DNA of 55,572 nucleotides, taken from the IMG/VR virus record IMGVR_UViG_3300026320_000006, positions 1-55,572 of that record; one strand, given 5' to 3'. Source of the DNA: a virus. Its lineage: Duplodnaviria > Caudoviricetes. Each line of letters starts with the position of its first letter. The first letter of the stretch is position 1. A model generated the notes under the pieces. It did not search any database. It was not told the DNA's origin and worked only from the letters and a program-made list of their open reading frames with translations. The position numbers were made by a program, and so were the translations under genes. Shown here in pieces: positions 17,009 to 24,488 of this stretch.

Positions 17009-17609
17009 CGGTTTCCAGTATGTCTATGATCCGCGATCCAGGCGCTACAGAAACATTTCAAATGGGCAATATGTCACGTCGAAAGAGTTGCGTGGCGCGG
17101 TAGACACGATCATCGACGGAGAAACCGTCAAGATCAGGGATATTTCTCAGCGTTTGATTGATGGAGAAATCACGTTGGCAGACTGGCAAGGTCAGGTAGC
17201 ATCGATGCTCAAAACGTTGCATGTAACGATGGGAGTAGCGGCTGTAGGCGGCTTTGATAGCGCATCACAAGCTGATTTTGGCTACATGGGAAGTCTGATT
17301 AAAAAGCAATACCACTATCTGGCAAAATTCGCACAGGATATTGCGAGTGGAAAACAGGCGCTTGATGGAACGCTACTCAGCCGATCGGCTTTATATACGC
17401 AAGCAAGCAGGAGCATATTTGAAGATGTAGTAGGCAAAACAGCAGAGGCCGGCGGCGCGACACAAGAAAAATCTGAGCTTGGGGTCGCGGACCATTGCCC
17501 GGAGTGCGTAGATGAAGCGTCAAAGGGTTGGAGTCCAATAGGAACGCTCATTCCGATTGGTGAGCGCTTGTGCAAGGCGAATTGTAGATGTCAGATGATT
17601 TATAAGTGA
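17001..17609 (+). CDS. Head morphogenesis / minor capsid protein (Mu gpF / SPP1 gp7-like)
   Basis: C-terminal HCPEC...CKANCRC; position before scaffold. Confidence 0.75.
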   Translation: MPNGFQYVYDPRSRRYRNISNGQYVTSKELRGAVDTIIDGETVKIRDISQRLIDGEITLADWQGQVASMLKTLHVTMGVAAVGGFDSASQADFGYMGSLIKKQYHYLAKFAQDIASGKQALDGTLLSRSALYTQASRSIFEDVVGKTAEAGGATQEKSELGVADHCPECVDEASKGWSPIGTLIPIGERLCKANCRCQMIYK

Positions 17610-17622
17610 AAGGGAAGTAGCG

Positions 17623-17937
17623 ATGTCAGATTTAAAAGAGGTAGTTTTTCAAGGACTTGGTGAAGCTTCGATGTGTTGGAGCGAGATACCCAAGGGTATA
17701 TTTGACAGCGTGAATGCAAAACGCATCGGCAATGAGGTCATGCAAGCGATAAACGAGCATGAAAAGCAACTGTATGAAGATGTAAAAGCCTTGCATAGCG
17801 CTCTCAATGAATTCTTACCGCTCTTTATCCTGGGAAATGGTACAGACTATGCCGGTATAGATGAGGCGATAGAAGCGCTTCAAAGGCATCCTGAATTACC
17901 AATAACGGTAGCGCTGGCAGAGATGAAGCGCAAATAA
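17623..17937 (+). CDS. Hypothetical protein
   Basis: ORF with RBS in head module. Confidence 0.6.
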   Translation: MSDLKEVVFQGLGEASMCWSEIPKGIFDSVNAKRIGNEVMQAINEHEKQLYEDVKALHSALNEFLPLFILGNGTDYAGIDEAIEALQRHPELPITVALAEMKRK

Positions 17938-18004
17938 TTTTTTGTCTTCTACTCAGTTAATGAGTACTCAGTCATTGACAAACACATGAAAGGTGAACTA
18001 TACT

Positions 18005-18610
18005 ATGCCTAATGATCCAAATAATCCCGATCCGCAAGGTCAGACACCGAACGGAACGGATCCCCAGGGCCAGACGCCCAACACTACGTCCAGCGGTCAG
18101 ACGCCGAACGGACAGAGAACTTCTATTGATACCTTGCCGCCTGATATTCAGGACTACATTCGTACACTTCGAGCCGACGCAAAGAAGTTACGTGATGCGG
18201 CTGAAGCAGAGGCACAAGCCAAACAAGCGGCTGAAGCTGCAAGGCTTGCGGAACAAGGCCAGTACAAGGAGCTTGCCGACAAACATGCTGCACGCATTCT
18301 TGAGCTTGAACCGGTCTCTGCAAGTTACACAAAGCTTGCTGAACAAATCCAGGTGCAAATCGAAGCGGAGATTAAGGATTGGCCTGCTGAAGTCAAAGCG
18401 CTTGTTCCCGGCTCAGATGTTCCGGCAGAACAGCGTTTAGAGCAGATGACCCGGCTCCGCCCCCTGCTTGAGAAACTTCAAGTTCAGGCAAAAGGGCAAA
18501 ATCCTGGCAACCGGCCTAATCCGCAACCTGCGAATCAGCAGACAACGAAACAGCAACAGATGGAAGCGAACCGAGCATCTTTTGTACAGAAGCGCTCGTA
18601 TGGCTTCTAA
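18005..18610 (+). CDS. Capsid scaffolding protein
   Basis: Low-complexity N-terminus (three GQTPN repeats), coiled coil, EQGQYKELA; precedes capsid genes. Confidence 0.8.
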   Translation: MPNDPNNPDPQGQTPNGTDPQGQTPNTTSSGQTPNGQRTSIDTLPPDIQDYIRTLRADAKKLRDAAEAEAQAKQAAEAARLAEQGQYKELADKHAARILELEPVSASYTKLAEQIQVQIEAEIKDWPAEVKALVPGSDVPAEQRLEQMTRLRPLLEKLQVQAKGQNPGNRPNPQPANQQTTKQQQMEANRASFVQKRSYGF

Positions 18611-18638
18611 GCACAACTGAATTCAGTGATCTTTTAGT

Positions 18639-18752
18639 ATCTCGTGCCTAGCTAATAGATGTGTGTGTAGTCTGGAGGGGTGACGCCCTCCCATCCGAAC
18701 AGCCTAGTCGTTAAATGCACGGACGAACCCATTTGTTAGTTAGGCAGGGGAT
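18639..18752 (+). ncRNA. Candidate structured RNA in the capsid operon
   Basis: 17-bp stem 18645-18661 / 18730-18746 with three G-U pairs enclosing nested helices. Confidence 0.55.
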
Positions 18753-18767
18753 GATTGGAGGAATATC

Positions 18768-19169
18768 GTGGCAGAAATTGCCAAATCGGGCACCCCTTCC
18801 GTAACGACCATTGGGCTTGACCCGGGTTCACAAAAACTTCCTACACTTCTCACCGGGGAAGCGATAGCAGCCGGTGATGCTTGTTATGTAAAAAATGATG
18901 GTCTCATTTGGCGCTCAAACGGCGCGGCTGTGGCCGCGGCTGCCCAGGTACGCGGTTTTGCCCCCTACAAAGCCAATAGCGGTGAGACCCTCACGCTCGT
19001 CCACGCCTGTGTTTTTCAGTATGGCGCAGCGCTCACCCCGGGGGCTGATTACTTTCTTTCTGGCACGGTGCCAGGCGGGCTTGCTGACGCTGCCTCAACC
19101 GGTGGTACCGGTAAAATTGGTTACGCGGTAGATGCCACGCGCATTTTCGTTAAAGCCAGCGGCTATTAA
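18768..19169 (+). CDS. Capsid decoration / cement protein
   Basis: Small Gly/Ala-rich protein, GEAIAAGDACYV, directly before MCP. Confidence 0.7.
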   Translation: MAEIAKSGTPSVTTIGLDPGSQKLPTLLTGEAIAAGDACYVKNDGLIWRSNGAAVAAAAQVRGFAPYKANSGETLTLVHACVFQYGAALTPGADYFLSGTVPGGLADAASTGGTGKIGYAVDATRIFVKASGY

Positions 19170-19194
19170 ATCAGGCAAGGGAGAATAGAAAACT

Positions 19195-20292
19195 ATGCCA
19201 TACGGCACATTAACAACCAATGATACCCTTGCCACGCTACGAGCCGCCACAGGCGTCGTAGCGGAAATAGGCGAGGATGTTGCGTTTGAATCAATCGACA
19301 TGGCGTTGCAGGTCCACAGTCAGCTTTTGCAGGAAGCCATGGTTGATTTTGTTGAGCCGACCACTGACCGACTCCGGCGCTACGGCGGGCCTGATCAGAT
19401 GCAGATGGAAGAGCTGGACGAGATTGGTTCAGCCAGCGCGCAGAAGATCGGACCAGGCGCGACACTTGGTTTTCCGATGAAGTTCTACGGTGGCGGACTC
19501 CAATGGTCGCGTTTGTACTTCCTGAATGCAACTGGGCCAGAACTGGCCGCGCAAGTGGAAGCGATGATGGACGCGGATGTGAAGAACGTTCACAAGCAGT
19601 TGAAAGCCGCTCTGCTCATTCCAACCAATTATACCTTTGAGGACCGGCGCGTCGATCATGTACAACTTCCGATCAAGGCGCTGATCAATGCTGATAGTGC
19701 AGCGATCCCCATTGCGCCGGACGGCGCAACCTTTAACGGCGCCACGCACAACCACTATCTCGGTGCAACAGCCGCCTGGTCGGGTGCGACTGCTGTCCAG
19801 ATGGCGGCTGATTTGACCGCGCTGATCAACACGGTCGTTGAGCATTTTCTGACTGGTAGGGTGCTTGTGCTGATCAATCAAGCACAGGAAGTGAATGTGA
19901 GAAGTCTCACTAACTTCTTCCCCTACTACGATATGCGCTTGACACCTGCGATCACCGCAACACAGGCCACATCTGCAAACCTGGACGTCACCAATCTGAC
20001 CAACCGCGCTATTGGTGTGTTTGGTCCTGCTGAGATTTGGGTGAAGCCGTGGATACCGGCAAACTATGCAGTTGCCATGCAAGTTGACGTTCCACAAAAG
20101 GTACTTTGCAAGCGAACCAGGAATGTGGGCTCGGGCAACCTGGAATTGCAGTTCGACATGGAAGAGTATCCATTGCGTGCGCGTACGTATGGGCGCGAAT
20201 TTGGCTTTGGAGTATGGAATCGTGTAGCAGCGGCTGCTTTGAGCACGGCCAATATTACCACCTATGCTGCGCCTGCGTTAAGCGCGCTGTAG
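19195..20292 (+). CDS. Major capsid protein
   Basis: 365 aa, synteny after scaffold and decoration genes. Confidence 0.85.
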   Translation: MPYGTLTTNDTLATLRAATGVVAEIGEDVAFESIDMALQVHSQLLQEAMVDFVEPTTDRLRRYGGPDQMQMEELDEIGSASAQKIGPGATLGFPMKFYGGGLQWSRLYFLNATGPELAAQVEAMMDADVKNVHKQLKAALLIPTNYTFEDRRVDHVQLPIKALINADSAAIPIAPDGATFNGATHNHYLGATAAWSGATAVQMAADLTALINTVVEHFLTGRVLVLINQAQEVNVRSLTNFFPYYDMRLTPAITATQATSANLDVTNLTNRAIGVFGPAEIWVKPWIPANYAVAMQVDVPQKVLCKRTRNVGSGNLELQFDMEEYPLRARTYGREFGFGVWNRVAAAALSTANITTYAAPALSAL

Positions 20293-20366
20293 TCAGTAGA
20301 ACTGAAAGAGATGTGTGTATGGTGACTTCTTACCAGCCGCCATACACAGATTTTGAAAGGATAGAT

Positions 20367-20615
20367 ATGCAAGTACATGCACGATTTAAGCTCTATGAAG
20401 ATGCACGAGCACAGGCATATTCAGCTGGTGGCTATGTCCCCGCGGCACGCGTGAAACTCTCAGCAGTGCAGGGGGAACCCTTCGGCACGGCAATGCCGCA
20501 AGGGACCATTGACATGCTGATTGCCAATCCTGAAGCTGTTCAGGTGTTTCGTGATGCGCCCATGGGAGCGGAATTCGATGTCGTCTTTTTGCTTGTAGAG
20601 CCTGTAAAGGAGTAA
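20367..20615 (+). CDS. Hypothetical phage protein
   Basis: GAAAGGA RBS before ATG 20367. Confidence 0.6.
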   Translation: MQVHARFKLYEDARAQAYSAGGYVPAARVKLSAVQGEPFGTAMPQGTIDMLIANPEAVQVFRDAPMGAEFDVVFLLVEPVKE

Positions 20616-20619
20616 TGTC

Positions 20620-20838
20620 ATGGCAGACGATCAGACTACCACTGCGCAACCGGTACAACCGGCATTTGTTGATGCACAAACGCCACAACGCGCTAATCAG
20701 CAGGCGATCATAGACGTTGCGGCATTGGTGGAGAGTAGGCAGGCCGATGAGTCGAAGTTTCCGGGTGGGCGCTTCCTCGTTAATGGCGTCTATGTCGATG
20801 CTGACGGCAATAAGCACAAGGACCAGAAAAGCGAGTAG
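20620..20838 (+). CDS. Hypothetical virion-associated protein
   Basis: AAGGAG RBS, synteny. Confidence 0.6.
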   Translation: MADDQTTTAQPVQPAFVDAQTPQRANQQAIIDVAALVESRQADESKFPGGRFLVNGVYVDADGNKHKDQKSE

Positions 20839-20841
20839 CTT

Positions 20842-21276
20842 ATGGATCGTCCGACCGCACTTGCAACTCTCACTGAGGAATATGCAGAACTGGCAACCGA
20901 TAGTGGTCTCTCCGGAGGATCTATCACCAGTGCGTACAATTTCGCTATTGATATGAGCTTGCGTCAACTTGGTTATCAGGAAACCGACCTGGCAACAACC
21001 AATGTGCCACAAACGCAAATCATCGGCTATCTGGCCTTGCTCAACTACTACGCATTGAAGCGGTTTGCTCGAATCCTGGCTCTCAGAGTGAACGTAGGCG
21101 TAGCTGGCCAGCTTTCCGCTTCTCGTTCACAAGCGGCTATCCAGGTGAAGGCATTGCTTGACGATGCGGAGAAAGAAGTGGTAGCACTCGGGTTTGCCGT
21201 TGGTGAGAATGCGGTTGCGTTTAGCCTTGGACGTATGGGCTTAGACTTCTTAGAGCCGAACTGGGGTGAATTCTGA
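20842..21276 (+). CDS. Head-tail adaptor
   Basis: Size and synteny. Confidence 0.6.
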   Translation: MDRPTALATLTEEYAELATDSGLSGGSITSAYNFAIDMSLRQLGYQETDLATTNVPQTQIIGYLALLNYYALKRFARILALRVNVGVAGQLSASRSQAAIQVKALLDDAEKEVVALGFAVGENAVAFSLGRMGLDFLEPNWGEF

Positions 21277-21653
21277 TGAGCTTTCTGACTTCCACTGATG
21301 TGCAAGCATTTGCAGATTTCGCAACCGGCTATTTCATGACGGACACCTGCGCTATTCTGCGCAGACCCTCAACCTGGAATGCTCAGGGCGGCAATAGCGC
21401 GGACTATGCAGTTATTCAATCCGGTGTTCCCTGCTGTGCCATCTCGCAAAGTGGATCAGAAATGTTCAGCGAAAATCAGGAAGTGGGCAAAGCCATGTTT
21501 CTGATTGTACTTCCCAAGGGGACCGACGTGAAGACCAAAGACCGCATTCACATCGGACCCACGTACTATGATGTCATTAATGCGCTTGATCCATCTACTT
21601 ACGAAGTTGTACGTAAAGTAACGGCTCAACGCTTTGGCAAGGGAGGAAGCTAG
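21276..21653 (+). CDS. Head closure / stopper (SPP1 gp16-like)
   Basis: LPKGTDVKTKDRI...YDV pattern; synteny. Confidence 0.7.
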   Translation: MSFLTSTDVQAFADFATGYFMTDTCAILRRPSTWNAQGGNSADYAVIQSGVPCCAISQSGSEMFSENQEVGKAMFLIVLPKGTDVKTKDRIHIGPTYYDVINALDPSTYEVVRKVTAQRFGKGGS

Positions 21654-22016
21654 ATGGGTTTCACAGTTTCCGGTCTGGATGGCATCAAAGCCCGGATTGA
21701 CGCACATGTAGCGCGAGTGAAAGTTGAAGTGCAAGATGCGATTGAATGGGCTGTTGCTAATACGTACGACGATTCACAAAAAGATTGTCCATACGATCAG
21801 AAAAAGCCAGCAGGTGAACCGCATTTACGGGATAGCGCGAAGAAAAAGGTAGGCAAGCTTGAGGGATGGGTGAGTTATGGCAATGACGAAGTAGATTGGG
21901 AGAAGTTTGTTGAGCTTGGAACGAGCAAAATGCGTCCACAACCGTATCTTTTTCCTGCGTTTATCAGGAACGGCAAAAAGTTCAGAGAGCAATGTAAGCG
22001 GATAGCAGGGGGATAG
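21654..22016 (+). CDS. HK97 gp10-like neck protein
   Basis: HLRDS and FVELGTSKMRPQPYLFPA. Confidence 0.85.
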   Translation: MGFTVSGLDGIKARIDAHVARVKVEVQDAIEWAVANTYDDSQKDCPYDQKKPAGEPHLRDSAKKKVGKLEGWVSYGNDEVDWEKFVELGTSKMRPQPYLFPAFIRNGKKFREQCKRIAGG

Positions 22017-22448
22017 ATGGCTATACCAACCGGAGAAACGCAAACAGCAGCGATCGCGCGGTTACGCGGTGACGCACCCCTGCAGGGGCTGTTAGGTAAT
22101 CCGTCTGATGGATCTGGCAATGTGTTTGATCAGGGTTCAACGCCTCCTGATCAGGTATGCCCCTACTTGGAAGTCTTTCCAATCACCACCGTAAAGGGAA
22201 CATTGGTTGTTATGGGGTTAGATGGGAATGATGTGTATCAGCAAGTTACCGGATTCACCCGATCAGGTGACTTTACGCAAGCCAGAGCCATTATGAAACG
22301 AGTCCACGATTTGCTTGATCAGCAATCGCTCACGATCGCAGGTTTTACCAATCCGCTCTTGCTCTTTGAGAATGAGCAAGAACTGTTTGATAGTGAACAA
22401 GGCAAACAACAAGTAGTCCACAGATATCTCATTTCAACGCAAGGGTAG
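22017..22448 (+). CDS. Tail terminator (DUF3168-like)
   Basis: Size, synteny, VFD...PY pattern. Confidence 0.7.
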   Translation: MAIPTGETQTAAIARLRGDAPLQGLLGNPSDGSGNVFDQGSTPPDQVCPYLEVFPITTVKGTLVVMGLDGNDVYQQVTGFTRSGDFTQARAIMKRVHDLLDQQSLTIAGFTNPLLLFENEQELFDSEQGKQQVVHRYLISTQG

Positions 22449-22475
22449 AACAACAGGTCAACAGGAGGTCATACT

Positions 22476-22874
22476 ATGCCATCAGCGCCAATTGCAGGGT
22501 TTCAAGGGAAATTTAAAGTGGTTGCCGTTGCCATGATTCAGGTTCAGAGTATCGAAGCTCAAATTAATGGTGAAACGTATGATATCACCGTGATGTCAGG
22601 GCTTTCAACGCCAGCCTGGAAAGCGTTTCTTGCTGGACTTCTGGGCGCAACCTTAAAGGTTGTAGGTTTTTATGATTTTGCCAACGACGCCGTACAGCTC
22701 ACGCTCTGGAATGCACTTGGCACAACTGTCGCGGTTTCATGGAGCCCAAACACAGGGACGAACAACTTTTCTGCCAGTGCCATTCTTACGAATATTCCCA
22801 TCAAAGCCGCGGTGAATGCTCCTGAAAGCGTTGAATTCGACTTTCAGATTACCGGCGCTGTAACCTACGTGTAA
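22476..22874 (+). CDS. Major tail tube protein
   Basis: DIT.....W..FLAGL and FDFQITG; synteny. Confidence 0.75.
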   Translation: MPSAPIAGFQGKFKVVAVAMIQVQSIEAQINGETYDITVMSGLSTPAWKAFLAGLLGATLKVVGFYDFANDAVQLTLWNALGTTVAVSWSPNTGTNNFSASAILTNIPIKAAVNAPESVEFDFQITGAVTYV

Positions 22875-22884
22875 GGGGTGATGC

Positions 22885-23835
22885 ATGGCTCCAATTGCAG
22901 GCTGGAAAGGCCAGATCTACAAGGCAGCTGGCCCTGGCATCGGCATCGGTACACTTGCCATGGCCGATGCCGGGGACCATAAGACGTTTAACGCTGGTAA
23001 TGTGGCAAAGCAGTACTTTGATAGTTCCGCTGCATTTACGGTGCAATCGAAGCAGGATGAAGTCCAAACGCTTACTATCACAGGCGGGCCGACAGGCGGA
23101 ACGTTCACGTTGACATTTGGCAGCCAGACAACGGCGACTATCAACTGGAATGATAGCGCTGCAACGGTTCAAACGCGCTTGCAGGCACTTTCAAGCATTC
23201 TCGTAAACAACTGTCTGGTGACTGGCGGACCCGGGCCGGGCACACCGTTTGTGGTTGAATTTGTTGCTGCATTAGGCTATGCCGCACAAGCAAATATTAC
23301 GCTGACGAACAATTTGCTTACAGGTGGCGTTGCGCCCAGTGTCAACATTGTCAAAACCCAGGCTGGCCATGCTTTCACTACATCCACGCCTGGTACGTAC
23401 GTAATCAACTATCCCATTGGACAAGTGGTATATAACGCGGTTCTCCTGGGTACCCCCGCTGTGCAAATTACTGCTGGGAATTACTTCAACTCTGTGTTTT
23501 TTGGTTTCTGCAAAGAGTGGAACGGCAATTTGCTGGGGACCGCTCTGGACTCAACAGCGATGACCAATCCACCATCGCAGTGGAAAACGTATATTCCCGG
23601 TGTGAATGGCGGCAATGCCAAACTTTTGCATTGGTGGATCGACAATACGATGTTTGGGCATCTCTCAGCAGGGGATACGCTGATCTTTGCGCTGTATACC
23701 GGTGTGAATGCGAATCAGCGGTTTCAAGGCTATGTGATCCTCAAAAATCAGGATATCAAGATAATGACCACGGCTATAATTACCGACGATCTTGATTTTG
23801 ACTTCAATGGACAAGTGTTCTTTATCCCCTCATAA
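22885..23835 (+). CDS. Second tail-tube-like protein with large insertion
   Basis: Ends align with 22476-22874; insertion EVQTLTITGGPTGGTFTLTF. Confidence 0.65.
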   Translation: MAPIAGWKGQIYKAAGPGIGIGTLAMADAGDHKTFNAGNVAKQYFDSSAAFTVQSKQDEVQTLTITGGPTGGTFTLTFGSQTTATINWNDSAATVQTRLQALSSILVNNCLVTGGPGPGTPFVVEFVAALGYAAQANITLTNNLLTGGVAPSVNIVKTQAGHAFTTSTPGTYVINYPIGQVVYNAVLLGTPAVQITAGNYFNSVFFGFCKEWNGNLLGTALDSTAMTNPPSQWKTYIPGVNGGNAKLLHWWIDNTMFGHLSAGDTLIFALYTGVNANQRFQGYVILKNQDIKIMTTAIITDDLDFDFNGQVFFIPS

Positions 23836-23859
23836 ATAAGAAAGGACTTGACAGAACAT

Positions 23860-24396
23860 ATGAAAAGTACTGAGCTACGCGACTTGTTGTTGGGCGCTGA
23901 TTTCAAGCCCAAAGAGCAAGATTTACCGACGCCTTACCTGGTGACCAAATCTGGTGTGAGCCTTGATGGACAATTCAAGCTGGTTGGCATCGATGGTAAA
24001 CAAAGCGTTGAAATCCGTGAGAAATCCAATGTACAGGTAGGTGTTGATGCTGAAGGCAAACCTATTATGGAGCGGGACTCTGCCAGGCTTGCCGGACTTG
24101 CGATTATCGCGTGTCTCTATGGGCGTGAGGATAATCAACCGGTGTTTGATCAGGCCATGCCGATGATTGGCGATCCCGCGGACCTCGCCGGTATTCTTGG
24201 TATCGATGAAGAACCATGGAACCAGCTGGGCATTGATGTGCTCAGGTTTGCCGGCTTTAGCAAGAAAGCGGCGGACGACGCAAAAAACGGCTCGAGTCCG
24301 ACCCAGAATGGTTCTTCATCTACGACCTCGCAGACAGACTCGGCTGGATCGGACCAATCAGTGACTTCCTCAGACGGTTCCCAAGCGACGAGCTAA
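23860..24396 (+). CDS. Tail assembly chaperone (gpG-like)
   Basis: Between tail tube and TMP; Ser-rich tail after the slippery site. Confidence 0.75.
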   Translation: MKSTELRDLLLGADFKPKEQDLPTPYLVTKSGVSLDGQFKLVGIDGKQSVEIREKSNVQVGVDAEGKPIMERDSARLAGLAIIACLYGREDNQPVFDQAMPMIGDPADLAGILGIDEEPWNQLGIDVLRFAGFSKKAADDAKNGSSPTQNGSSSTTSQTDSAGSDQSVTSSDGSQATS

Positions 24397-24482
24397 TGAC
24401 ACGCATGGTCTACTACCGTGTCAAAGCTGAGAAGTTGAAGCAAGCACAGAAAGACGCGGAACGCAAGCCGAGAGGACGATAG
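24282..24482 (+). CDS. -1 frameshift extension of the chaperone (gpGT-like)
   Basis: A AAA AAC at 24282-24288; -1 frame open as KRLESDPEWFFIYDLADRLG...KPRGR to TAG 24482, 6 bp before TMP. Confidence 0.8.
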   Translation, partial: KKRLESDPEWFFIYDLADRLGWIGPISDFLRRFPSDELMTRMVYYRVKAEKLKQAQKDAERKPRGR

Positions 24483-24488
24483 AGCAAC

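Noticed and set aside
18670-18720. True 5S rRNA gene
   Set aside because: Only a short loop C-like stretch resembles 5S; the overall pairing does not fit
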